From Vermamoeba vermiformis (Eukaryota): a stretch of 64,000 nt of DNA. The position numbers were made by a program, and so were the translations under genes. This document shows positions 27,195-40,102 of the stretch, one piece after another. Positions within the stretch are counted from its first letter, which is position 1; each line of letters opens with the position of its first letter. The DNA is taken from contig JBEWZL010000239.1 of assembly GCA_045837725.1 (NCBI GenBank), positions 496,001 through 560,000 on the forward strand, read 5' to 3'. The notes beneath the pieces were generated by a model, which was not told the DNA's origin, did no database searches, and saw only the letters and a program-made list of their open reading frames with translations.

Positions 27195-28752
27195 ATGGCG
27201 GATTTGTCCTTGATCGAGGATTTACTTCACGACGCTGCTGACTCCCAGTATAAGAGGCTTAAAGACGGGAAAATACTCTCTTTGGCACTTGCAAGTCAAT
27301 TTTTTAAGGATGGCGTCATTACGCTGTCCGGAGTTTCTTATCTGTTCGAGAAACACGTGTTGCGATCCATTCCAGATGGTAAGCAGCGCTTAAAATATAT
27401 ATAATTTATATACTGACACGGACGCAGGTAAGCTCATTAACCTACTCCAAACTCCAGAACTTGAACGAGTCTGTAAGCTTTGTACTCGGGCTGGATCTCG
27501 CGCGGTTGTTCCTTCTGAAGCACTTGCTGCAATTATTGCTGCTAAAGTCACGCACAAAGAGCTTCCTCGAGTCACAAATGGCACGGACATTGAAAGCTAC
27601 AGCAACAAATACAACAATGCCAATTTGAACGAGTCAGATCGGATCGCACGCGTGTTCAACGACGAATTGACGTGCGTAGTATGCATGGACACATTAGAAG
27701 ATGCTGTGGAGAGCAGCTGCTGCAAAACAATGTGCTGTTTGAAGTGCTCAGACAAATGTCCTAGCTGTCCTATTTGTCGCAAACAAAGCATCAAGTGGAC
27801 GGCAAACGAGCCTATTCGCCGCATTGTCGGCAAGAAACCAGCAAAGTGCCCGCACAAAGATTGCTCGCAGTGGTCAACAGCAGCTGAAATCAACGTTCAC
27901 AAAGAGAAGTGCGAGCATAGAATTGTGAGCTGTACGAACAGAGGATGCAACGAGAGGATGAAATATTTAGACCTCAAGACACATACTACAATGAAGTGCA
28001 AGTTCAGATTCGAGACGTGCGATGTGTGCAAGATTCAGATGCCGCATGGTGTTAATCACAATCCACGCAGATGCATCTGGAACTGTGGCCAAATACTGTG
28101 TAACACTACAGCCAAAGATCACAATGACACGTGCACTTACCGCCCTGTGCGATGTAAGAACCGTGATTGCCGCGAAGAAGTGCAAAAACGATTGCTTCAA
28201 GATCACTTGCAGAACACCTGTCCGTACCGGGTAGTTCAGTGCCCCAACAACAAGTGCACAGTTCGAATGTTCGCGTGCACAATCTCAAAACACACTGACA
28301 TTTGTCCTGAAGCACGAGTGAACTGCAGATATTGCAATATACCGTGCTACAGAAAGAACTTAGACAGGCACGAGGGCAGTTGCAGAAAAAGGCCAGTGTA
28401 CCAATGCGATCACTGTTCAGAATGGTATTGGGAAGGCGACAACCATCCCAATGTTTGCCCCGAGCGCTACGTCAATTGCTCACACTTCAAATGCCCGCAG
28501 ACAGTGAAAGCTAAAAACCTCGCCCACCATGAGGAGCTGTGTCACTTCCGCAAGGTCAGCTGCACAAACCGAGGATGTGACAAAGTTGTCTTCTTACACC
28601 AACTTCATGTCCACGAAACCCAACAATGTCCGCACCGTTACATTGAATGCGACAACTGTGGCAAAGAGATGCGTGCGTGGAAAATGAAGGGTCATCGTTG
28701 TTACGACAGTTCGTCCGATAGTAGCTCCAATAGCTCTAACAGCTACTACTAA
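27195..28752 (+). CDS. LOTUS/OST-HTH-like + RING + tandem TRAF-type zinc-finger protein (paralog 1)
   Basis: ELTCVVCMDTLEDAVESSCCKTMCCLKC...CPICR RING, then many C-x4-C...H-x3-C TRAF fingers; one intron in the N-terminal domain. Confidence 0.8.
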
Positions 28753-29099
28753 GGATATAGCGACCAACTCGGAGTTGACAACCGTTTGTGAAACCGTGTA
28801 AAATAAACTTCTTACTTCAAAGAAATTCCTTTGACTTTTAAGTGAAACAACACAGAGCAAGCAATAACGTTGAGGTCCTTTCGTATTTTTTTCAACAATT
28901 TATTGATACACACTCGAGCAAAGTAAGTGAAGGACTAATGAGCCCTCTTAAATAAATTAATTGTTCCGATCCAACAAGATCCAAATTATTTGCCCTTCTT
29001 TCAGGTTAAAAATTCGGCTGTCAAGAATTTTAGTATATATTGATTACCCTGATGTTATTTCTATATTGATATAAATTAATAAAATACTGCAAACAGGAA

Positions 29100-31539
29100 A
29101 TGGATTTTATGGACAAGTTTAATAGCCTATCTAGAGATATGGCGAAAAAAATGTACATCGTGCATAGCTCTGGTAAGCCAGACGACGAAGCGCAATTGTT
29201 TGAATTACTCCAGCACTGCTTCATGACCCAAAATATGGTTAAGATCAGACTCAGCGAGATCCCGTCACTGTTTGAAAGAATGTATTCCAGACCTCTTTCT
29301 GCCAAACGTAAGTGCACGAATGATTTTAAGTTTTTCTAATCCATGCAGTAAATCTCGTTGACTTGCTTCGATCCCCGAACCTTAGCATTATTTGTGTCGT
29401 CAAACAAATGAATCAGCTCATATGGATTGAACCTACACCAGAATTTGCAGAGATGAATAAGAAGGTTCAAGAAATGCGTCGATTGTACGTCGAACCTGTC
29501 TTAAGAAAAGAAGCCGAAGAGCAGCGCCGTCAATTTGAAGCCCAAACTGCTCAGTTCAATGATTCGGAGTCAGATGAAGAAACAGACGGCTATTTACAGG
29601 ACGCGCCGTTAGAACACACGCCGCACTACAAGATGTTTGTGGTTGAGTTCAGCGAGACCTTACAACGGATCTTCCAAGACATTGACTTTGGCATTGAGGA
29701 CCACACGGACTTGTTGTGGCTCTACCTCATTCACTTGTTCACTATTTCCAAGAAGAAGTACAGAGTTTCAGTGAGCGAACTGCCCGAGCTGTTCCGCGAG
29801 TATTACGGCCACACTCTCGAATTGTCAAGTAAGTCCTCGGCAAAAATATCGAACTCTCGCTAATAACGCGGCTAGAAAAATTGATCGCGACGTTGCAAGA
29901 AGACTGCTACCTCGTGTGTCAAACTGAAAAATTCAAAAATGATTGGCACGTCAAACCGTCGGAAGAATTGGTTCATTTTCTAAATTCGTACACCGGAGAA
30001 GAGTTGCAGGAAATTATTTCATATAATCTCGAGGCACTGCAGGAACGATACCAGGACTGTAGACCCGATGACGATTTTCCAGCCTATGAAGTCGAGCCAC
30101 CTGTGCAGAAGCCAGTCACGCAACAAACCAAACAAAACACAAATGATAAGACCAAAGCACAGTCAAACAATGCTAATTCATCACGAAGTGGACAGAAATC
30201 CAACGAGCCAATCTTAAGAAGTGGTTTCTTATTGGCACAACCTTCGAATAACAATACGAGCAAATCTAGCAGCACTCAAAAACACCAAAATAACAATGCT
30301 AAATCGACTTCACAATCCAATCAACGACAAACACCTCCAACGCAACCCAATGTTAACACAGTACCAGCCTCTCCGCTCGTCTTGAATGGCACGGATATTG
30401 GCACTTATGGCGCCAAAGGACGTGAGCTAGCAATGAAAGAACATCTCGAGAAGGAACAAAAGAAAGCTGAACAGGCTGCTGCCAACAACAAACAAGCGAG
30501 TCAAGCACAGTCAAAGCCAGCTCAACAGACACCGCCTCGCAGTCAACAAAACAATCGTAGTCCCTCGAGTGAGAGAAGTAATAAGGCCTCATCAAAAGCG
30601 CGCAACAATAAGAGCCCTGGTCAATATGTCAAGAAGACAGAAGTAGCGAACAATACCAACACCAATTCAACACCAAGTCCTGAACCTAGTGCTCAGCCCA
30701 CAACTATAACCTCTACTAGCACTAGTTCTTTGATCCCGAAAAACGACGTTCAAAAGCCCGCACCCGTTAAGCCTTTATCTGAAGCGGAACAATTAGCCGA
30801 CACAGTAAAGAACGAGTTCAGTTGCAATATGTGCAATCAGATCCTCCGCCGTCCAGTAGAAAGCACGTGTTGCCACAAGCTCGTCTGTTACGTCTGCTCG
30901 TTGTTCAATGGTCTGTGCCCGCTGTGCAAAAAGCCCGGACAACGTGTCACGTGGGTCGAGAATCACGTGGTCAATCATTTGATGAATCGACTGACAATGC
31001 CATGTCCGTACAAGCAATGTGACGAGTGGGTCCCTCTCAACGACATATTCTTGCACAAAGACCACTGCGAACACAAGCCGCAGCCTTGTCCTAACAAAGC
31101 ATGTGGTGCCAGCAAACACTACTCGGAACTTGACGCGCACATTGACACGTGTCCCTTCACTGTCATTACCTGCGCGTGCAAACAACAAATCAAGCGACGA
31201 GATTTGGAGAAGCATTTAGCCACGTGCAAGAAGAAACAAGGCACCGGTCAACAGAATTCTGCACCTGCTCAACAGAAGCAACAAGAGAAGCGCTCTAATC
31301 AAGTCAAATGTCCTTATGGCTGCGACGCACAAATAGAACAAAGTGCACTCGAGGCACATGGCAATCAGCTCGTTAATTGCACCAATTACGGCTGTCCCGC
31401 AGTGCTCAAACATAGTGACCTGAATGTGCATCGAAACGCGTGTGCGTACAGACGAGTGCCATGTACTAATGGCTGTGGATGGCAAGATGCAGTAAAGGAC
31501 CTGAATAAGCACCAAGCTAACTGCAAAAATAGAAAATAA
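29100..31539 (+). CDS. Two LOTUS/OST-HTH-like domains + Q/N/S-rich linker + RING + TRAF zinc fingers (paralog 2)
   Basis: IRLSEIPSLFERMYSRPL and VSVSELPELFREYYGHTLEL repeats; EFSCNMCNQILRRPVESTCCHKLVCYVC...CPLCK; TRAF fingers. Confidence 0.8.
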
Positions 31540-31640
31540 ATTCTCAGAATTCGTTCTGCAGAACGAGTTCTCCTTTTTTTAGAACATTAGTACTTGCATG
31601 TCAACCACATTAGGTGACAAACTATTGATCTAGAATTTTA

Positions 31641-33418
31641 ATGTCTTGGCCAAGAAACGGTAAGCCAAAGGACAGCACGCTGATGCAGCTGCGCAGCCTT
31701 TAAAATTTTCTCTATAATATATTGATTTAATGATTTATTAAATAAATAAGTTATAATATCAAAATCTATTTGTCCAAGGTTCGATTAATGGAAATTAAAG
31801 AAAATTAAATTTGGATCTGATCCCTGAATTTCATTTTTAGAAACCAACGAAGAAAAAGAGCTCAGGTTCGTTCCGTACACGATAATCGATGGAGCTGCGG
31901 AACTAGCCATTGATATGCAAAGAGATTGCAACAGAATGGATCATTTCTTGCCACTGTACTTTGTCGTTCTTGAGGAGCTATGTAGCAGACAAGGAAGCGA
32001 TATAGACTTGTCCGAGATCCCCAAACTATTTGAAGAAAAATATGGCTACAAGCTGCAGTTAGATTGTGAGTTAGAAAATTTCGTTCTTTTTCCGAATCCA
32101 ACTAATTTTCCGTTTAGCCAAACTCTGCCATGTTCTGCGGCAAGGTGCATTCCACAAAATATGCAGTCTAAACTCTCACGGTCCTCCTCGCAAGATCTCT
32201 CCATCGCCAACGTTCTTCCGTATCGTTCGTCTTCAGTACCAACAGGAGGACGTTATTATCAAGAGACTAAATGAAGCCGAACAAAGAGTCAAAGCTGCCG
32301 ATGAAAAGGTAGTATTGTTAACAAAGTCGTTAGAAGCACGACCTGAAGACAAACTGACCAAAATGTTGAGCGACGAGTTGACGTGTGTCGTTTGTTTGGA
32401 CACGCTGAACGAGGCCGTGGAAAGTGAGTGCTGCAAAACATTGTGCTGCCAAACCTGCTCGACAAGCCTACCCGTGTGCCCTATTTGTCGACAAAAAGAC
32501 GCGCACTGGCGCGGGAATGAAGCCATCCGAAGGTTGGTCGGCAAAATACCTGTCAAATGTGACACCAAAGAGTGCACCGCGTGGTCTACCAGAGCAGAGA
32601 TCAAACTACACAAAGACCACTGTGAATACGTCGAGATTAAATGCTCCAACAAAGAGTGCACGTTCACTGCCAAACGCAAGGACTTCAAACCACACATTGA
32701 CACGTGTCAACACGCCATGGTCAACTGCACGCACTGCCACCAACAGATAATGAAGAAGAACGTCGCGCCTCACGAGTCCATGTGTGCAGAGCGAACCATA
32801 CGGTGCACAGTGTTTGGCTGCAGTGTCACGGTGAAGGCGAAAGACATGCCACAACATCACGAGGTCTGTGACTTTGTTGCACTCAGATGCACGAACGACG
32901 GCTGCACCTTCACGGTACAACGTCAGAACATGAAGGATCATCTGTCCAAGTGCCCAGAAGGCGTACTCAAGTGTACCTATTGCACTTACAAGTTCAAGCG
33001 CAAAACCGTCCATTCCCACGAGCGCGGCTGTTCGGTGAACTACGTCCAGTGTTGGTGCGGCGATTACATCAGAAAGCGCGATATTAGAGCCCACAGAGAT
33101 CACTGTCCTCAGGCTCCTATTGCGTGCAGAAACGATAGATGTCCAGAACGCATCATACCTCGTCATATGGACACTCACGTGAACAATCAATGTGACTGGA
33201 CTTACATGCCGTGTCGTTGGAACGATTGCCCAGATCAGTTCACGCGCAAGTTCATTCAACAACACGAAAGTAACTGTTGGTACCGCGATGTCTCGTGTCG
33301 TCATTGTGGCTTGGAGACCTCGCGCAATGCACTCGACGACCACTTGAGAGCGTGCAAACGACGACGAAGATACTCACCTTATTTACCTCAATGTGCTCCA
33401 TGCGCATCCATGTATTAA
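31641..33418 (+). CDS. LOTUS/OST-HTH-like + RING + TRAF zinc fingers (paralog 3)
   Basis: MSWPRN first exon; IDLSEIPKLFEEKYGYKLQLD; ELTCVVCLDTLNEAVESECCKTLCCQTC...CPICR; long TRAF-finger array. Confidence 0.8.
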
Positions 33419-33475
33419 TTGTAAATACACTAGTCGAGTAGTTCTACGTACCGCTTACTTTATTACATGGTGAAA

Positions 33476-34202
33476 TTAGACTTCAAATGCTTTGAGGCCT
33501 TGTTTGGGGTCGTATTTGTACGGGCTCTTCAATGGGCTGTTGCGCACTAACACTTCATTCAACTGCCGCTTGCGATCAATAATTCTTTCTACGAGTGCAT
33601 CGAGCTGGTTGATTTGTTCTTGAATACGGACTATAATCTGTTTTTTCTTCACGCGTAGTTCTGAAGACACTATCAAGCCATCCAACTTCAACATCTGTTG
33701 CATAAACTCTTCGTCGATTGATTTGACGATGTTGTCGTACTTAACAAGTTCTTCTTTGTCTGTTCGTTCTAATATGCTCGAATCTGCGATAATTCTGGCA
33801 CTGCGGCGTTCCATATCGGCAATATCTTCTTCTATGTACATTAATCGCTCATCCGCTGAGGCGTATTTTCGATGACATTTTCCGCAAACTTTTACTGGCT
33901 CGTTGTATCCGAAATCTGATATGGTTGTTTGTAAATGACAGCAGCTATTGCAAAAGCAGAAACCGCATCCGCGACAAACGTTCTTGAAATGACCAAATTA
34001 GTTTTTAAAAATCAAATAGACATTGAAAGAAAGTATTTGATGATATGTCATGTATTGTGTATAAGTATTTGAATTATTTTAAAATATTGAAATTGGATCC
34101 CGAATTTCTCCTTACTTTTGTTGACCAGAAGCGGAATGTTTGTTGACAGCCCGAGCAATTATCTGATGGTGTTATCTTAGGCCTTCGTTTGATGTGCGAC
34201 AT
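33476..34202 (-). CDS. FYVE-type zinc finger + BAG domain protein (2 exons)
   Basis: Spliced: MSHIKRRPKITPSDNCSGCQQTFRFWSTK-NVCRGCGFCFCNSCC...PVKVCGKCH, then IDEEFMQQMLKLDGLIVSSELRVKKKQIIVRIQEQINQLD (BAG consensus E...LLKLD...R..RK..V..IQ..L..LD). Confidence 0.75.
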
Positions 34203-34331
34203 ACTCTTGTGTTCGACTGTTGTAAAGTGATGGACATAAAATCAGATCGTGAATTCAGTCACCTTTTGCCGCGATCCAATAAACACCTCTTCAATAAATA
34301 GTTGGTTTTATTTACATTCGAATTATTTGTC

Positions 34332-37300
34332 TTAGACCTGTACACTTTGTTGCAGCGGGATGTCGAGTGGCTGCGGTGTACCAGTGCCCGTGTTGCTGCT
34401 CTTGGTCCACTCAGTCTGCGTGCTCGTGTTCTCTTGCGCTGCTTCTTTCCACTTCTTCTCATGCTGCTTGCGCTTCTTGTATTTCTTCAATGCTATCGGG
34501 AAGATAATTGCAAAGCCAATGATCAGCACACCAGCCACAATGACAATGTAGATGTACTGTTGCAGGAGACTAGGGGACGTGTCAACGCTGTTGTCGAGGC
34601 TGTGATCGATGACTGTAATGTCAGGGTCATAGTCGAGGGAGTTGCGATAATTGGGCAGTGTGAATTTGATGCGCCCAGAGCTCACAATGTAATTGAAATC
34701 GACAGGCTGGATGGTGCCATCAGCCACGCAGAACAGGGCCATGGAAGCACGCACTTCTGAGTACTGCGTGGAGATTTGATAGCGCGAGACCTGCTCACTC
34801 GAAACCTTGCCGTCTTGTACCAGTTTGGAAGTCAAGGCTGGTGCGTCCTCAAGGACTAAGGACGTAGTCAACACCAGTTTGTTGGTGAGCGAAGAGAAGG
34901 GCCAAGCACCCAACTTGATCGAGAACTTGATCGTGTTGGCGTCAATTCTGAACGAAGCTTGGCCGCCGTTGATTTGCAGCTGTTGGGCGTTGAGCAAATG
35001 TGCGAAGGTAATATCCATCGGCACGCCAGCAAGATCAGTTGAATAGACCTTGTGATAGAAGCCATTCAAGTCTGTGTAGTTCCATCGTCCACGACTCAGA
35101 TCGAACACCAGCACCTCTGTCACAAAGTTAAATTAAGCCTCGTCGATGAATCAATGTCCAGCATACCTTGCCCCTCGTCATCAACTTCAGCAATCTTGTC
35201 GAAGGTCATGCCCGCACCCACTGCCACGTATGACTTTTCCACAGGAGCAATCATAAAGTTGGGCAGCGAGTCGTTGGGGTATCTGATGTAGATGGGCTGT
35301 GCATCTTCTCCGAACACTGTCGCTTCGGATGTTTGAGGCGTGTTAGGCACAGGCACGAACACTGCTCCTGGTGGCGCTGTGGGAGCATTGGGGTCCATGC
35401 CGTCGTGCTCTTGTCCATTCACTCGCAGTGCGACAAATGAAGGGGGCATGAAACTCAGCAGTGTGCCGTCGCCATAACTAGTGCACAAATGTTAGTGGCT
35501 ATCCATGAGATAACTTGTTAAGGTACGTACTTAGTGCGATCAAATGTCGCTAACAAAAGAGCACCTTGCGTGCTGTTGATTGACACCAATGAGCCTGCAA
35601 ATCGACTCTCAGGCAGCAGGGTGTCGGTGAGTGAGTTAGTCGTAGCAAGTGTGTATTGGAGATCGTTGTCGCCATCATTTGGATCACCGATACTAACGAT
35701 GTAAATGCAGCCGGTAGGTCCACTTGTTGTGGGACAACGAGGTGCACCAATAGCAATGTCAGGCCTCTCATCGCCATTCACATCACCGACTGCACCAATC
35801 GAGGCACCCCAAAGACTCGTGCCATTGCCAGGTGCTATGATCTCCGCCGGCTCGGGTAAGTACATCACTTGGGACACAGAGCCGTCCAAATTGAGGTAGA
35901 TAAGAATGACGAGCGTGCGTTGAGGCAACAAGGTCAATGATTCCCAGAAGCCAGGACGGTTTTCCCAAATGTACAATGTGACCGCTATTTCAGACACACC
36001 ATTGTCGTTCAAATCACCAATGGGAATAGCTTGCACACCAAATGTGGTACGACCAACCTCGTCCTTGAGGCCCGTTAGTTCGATATTCTAAGCAGTCCTA
36101 GTCTAAGTAATTAAACTTACCGCTGTGATGTTGATGCCAGCGGTCTGGCTGTTGAGATACAACTCCGCATTTGACACTTCTTTGACACCCAGAATTCGAT
36201 TGTCGTAGCCAAGAACGATGAGGTAGACTGTTCCTTCAATGCTGTTTGAAGTCTGCATATTTGACATGAGATAAGGACCAGTCGCGGATGCAATCAACAC
36301 AATCGTCTCTTGCAAGTGTGTCACGCTCAACGAATAGCCAAAATAGCCTCGGTTGATCTTGTCTTGATTGTACGTGTTGACGAGGCTGTAAAATGTGATG
36401 TTGGCAGTCTTGTCCAAGCACAGCACGTGCACTGCGCCCACCGTGTTGTTAGTGCCCGGGGCACCGACGCCAAAGCACGAGCCACCATTGACAGTTTGAG
36501 TTTTGAGAGATGTCAGCGAAGTGCCAAACAGATCACCAGGCTGCAATGTGCAGTTGAAGCCACGTGATCGTGAATCAATAATCACGTGCTGCAAGATAGT
36601 CACGCCTTCACCGAGCAACAGCAAGTGCAATCGGCCTCGCATGTCTGCATCCCACGGCAAACCAATCACAATGTCTTCGTAACCATCGCCGTTAACATCG
36701 CCTGCTGACTCGATGTTATAGGGACCAGTGGCGTTGATTCCAAACTGACTGAGGTCCACCATTCGGAACGAGTCGATCACGCCATTGCAAGTTTGATTGA
36801 CTGCAAGAACCCGCTATATTAGGCATCATATCATTATTGTAAAGTCATGCTACGTACCATCGCCAAAGCAAATGCCACATCTATTCATCGCTTCGTTGTT
36901 TCCAAAGCAGATGCCACAACGATCTTTGTTTCGATTGTTGCCGCCACAAACACCGCAACTGTCAATCATGGAAGCATTAGGACAAGCAAAGCTGACTTGA
37001 ATGCCACGCATTTTCGATTGGTTTATAATAATTGTACCGCTGGGCTCCGTTCCTATTGTATTTTGCCGATAATTAATACCAAATTTAATTATTGGCGTAA
37101 AGATAAGAAATCAATGTATAACCGTCTACGTAGTTATGTTTACGAGCGTAGAAAAATTTTCCGATCGTTACTAATTATGATTCAATAGTTTTCCAAAATT
37201 TTAATAAATTACCTGTGGATGGAACCAATTCCGGCACATAATCCGCCCAAATTTCGCCGTCTTGAGCAGAACCAGCGAATGCGCTGAATGAGAACGATAT

Positions 37301-38005
37301 AACACCATTAACAGGCCGAATTCCAGGGAGGTTCGAGAATCCAACAATTGAAAACTCTACTGCATTTTGTCTATCCATCGGGTCTCTATAATCTGCTAAT
37401 ATTGGTCCTATAATTTTTGGTCCAGCTGAAATAAATGAGCGCTTTCCAACAGCATCAATAGTTCCATTTGTAAAGTTATAGATTCCAAAATCGAATATTG
37501 TAGGGTCCACTAATCGTGAGGGTTTGCCAATTAATATCGTTGGAATAAATTGTGATGATCCATTATTGATTGGATCTATTAATAATGCTATGGCTTCGGA
37601 TTGACCAAGTCTTGGAAAATCAATCCCACCGTTTAATTGAAGAGCATATGACGAGGAGCCAGCATCGCCATCGCCGTCAGCGTCTCCGCATATGCCATAG
37701 CAGCGAATGCCGACTTGCAGAACGTCGTCCTCGGGCAAGTAATTGAAGTAAATGGATCGTATGTCCCACCCACTCCTCGTGCCGATCGCGGCTAATATGT
37801 ACACGTCCGTCACTTCCGTCCATATATCTTGATTGTTGTGATCGATAATGAAGTTGCCAGGGTCATCAAAGTATTGGCAATCTTGAAAGTCCTTCTCAGC
37901 TAGACCAGTAAATGAGATTCGTTCTCCCGTGCTGCACGCTGAAGATCCTTCCGCTTCCAGCGGTGTCACGAGGAGGATGCATAATAATATAATTATGCTC
38001 CGCAT
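34332..38005 (-). CDS. Type I membrane protein with FG-GAP/integrin-alpha-like propeller repeats, DxCGxC Cys repeats and a ComC-type supersandwich-like domain
   Basis: Signal peptide; AGDVNGDGYEDIVIGLP, GDLNDNGVSEIAV, GASIGAVGDVNGDERPDIAIGAP; DSCGVCGG/DRCGICFG repeats; IKFSIKLGAWPFSS...YDPDITVI; TM segment followed by KKYKKRK. Confidence 0.75.
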
Positions 38006-38200
38006 CAAATTTTGCTAGGTAGTGAGAATGGGTTCATATAAAAGCCTTGTGTCGCTTGTAAAATAAAGAATAAAAATAGCTTTCAATTTCCGTTCCAGTT
38101 TTGACCGAGAAAATTGTCCGAAGGATTTTCAGCCAAAACCCATCATTTAGGTCTATTTTTATTATATTAAGCACACCGGACTAAGATACACATTGTTACG

Positions 38201-39605
38201 ATGTCAGCTAAGAAGAAGCGGTTATCGGTCGGTTCGCAAGGTGGGTGAAGGATTTGGCGCTCGATCATGTCACGATCGAGAAGCTGTTTGTTGTTTATAA
38301 ACTAATATTAATATTTATTACTTAGGCGAGTCGAATGGAGCACCAAAAACGCCGAGCAAAATGGATGTAGAAAAAACAGATGCTTCAACAAATAATAACA
38401 ACGCTAAAACACCCTCAAAAAATACACCAAAGGCAAAAAATAATGCGAATAATACTGAGTCAAATAATCAACAAAGTAAAACACCTGAGAAAAAACAACG
38501 CCCAAATCCCGAATCTCAAACACCAGTGACCACTCCTACAAGCAATAAAAAGGAAAATAAGAAAAGAAAGCGAGATGAGATGGAAGAAGAAACAAATGGT
38601 CACACTGACGACAACAATCACAATGGTAATGGAGATGAGGTGAGCGATCAGGATGGATCCGCCACCACGCCAAACGAAGGAAAAAAGAAACGACGAAGAA
38701 GACCACGAAAGAATAAATCAAAGGCGGATGGCGATCAATCAGTTTCTGAAGATAAGCCAGAGGAACGTATGCAAGTCGAACAAGCCGAAGAGAAAAATAA
38801 CGAATCAGATTCGGACGATGCTCCCGAAGAAGTGACATTCACTACTGGTAAAGAAAGCGCACTCCAGAAAAAGAAAGAGGAAGTTGCTGCTAAAAAGAGG
38901 TAAGTGAATTTTACGCGATTATTTTGGATGCGATCTGATCACCATTCAATTAGATTGGAAGAAGAACAAAAGGCTAAGCGAAGAAAAATTACTCAAACAT
39001 TACAAGAGACCAGTAAGGTTAAGAAAGAGAAGGAACAGGCGAAGCCTAAGCAAGAGTCAGAGGACGAAAGCGAGGAAGATGATTTATTGTCGCCGGAAGT
39101 ATTGCAGAACTTTGTAGCTGCTGAAAAGAAGTAAGAATACTGGTCCTAGAGTCTTATTATCCATATTAATGACTTATATTTCATCAGGAAGCAAAAGGAA
39201 AACAAACACGCTCAAGCTCGTAAGTTGATTATCGCGCGTAATTTCCAAGGCAGTTAATAACAATATCTCGTTATAGGCGCAGAGAAGAGGAAGAGAAGGA
39301 AATTGTTGAGAAAGGTGCAGCAAGATGAGGCTAAGAAGAAACAAAAGTAAGTGTCACAAAGTGACGCGCGTAACACGAGTTGTACTAACCCGTTTTCATT
39401 CTGAAGGGAAATGTTTAAAGTCGTAGCACTTTCTTCGCTCGAAGACCGAACGGATGTAGCACCACAAGTAACCACATTCTTACAAGAACATTTCTGGGGT
39501 CCCAGGATCGTTCGTGTCAAGCCAGATGCGGAGGTTAAAGGTCCTTCAAACGAGTCGCGCGTAGGTCCGGCTAAGCCATTTTTGATCCCTGCGCGATCAA
39601 ACTAA
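38201..39605 (+). CDS. Charged low-complexity nuclear/nucleolar protein (possibly NOL7/Bud21-like)
   Basis: Multi-exon, NLS-rich; SDDAPEEVTFTTGKESAL resembles the DEAPEE motif of small-subunit processome accessory proteins. Confidence 0.5.
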
Positions 39606-40102
39606 TACTGCTTGTTAATTTGACTGTTGTTTTATACTGCCGAAACTAAATACGATTGATACACATATTTCGATTTTTTTGGATCCTTGCTACATACGAT
39701 TGATCTAGCGGTATAGTAGCAAAAACGATTGACTGCAGAGCATTTCCTATTGATTAATTCAATTAGATACTGAGCATCTATTGACATTATGACAGGCCCG
39801 CTCGGGAAGTGTTGTCCGCTTCATTATTACTCTCAAAGCAATTTAATGCTTGCATTTATCGTGATCACTTATCAATGTGTAATTTCTTAGCGAGGGTTAT
39901 TTAGGCAGTTTTGTTCCGAACAGCCGTAACAAATTTCTGCAATCGTTCTTGCGGTTTGCTATTAATTTCATTTCAGTTACAGTTTTAGTGGACGCACTCA
40001 CTTCTCTTATTATACACACAACCAATGAGAAAGACGCGCGATAAATTCTCAGCGGTGTATTAATAGAACCCCGATTGTAAATAGGCCAGATTTTGGAGTT
40101 AG

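Noticed and set aside
32606-33343. 245-aa minus-strand ORF
   Set aside because: Antisense to the TRAF zinc-finger exon with no independent motifs.
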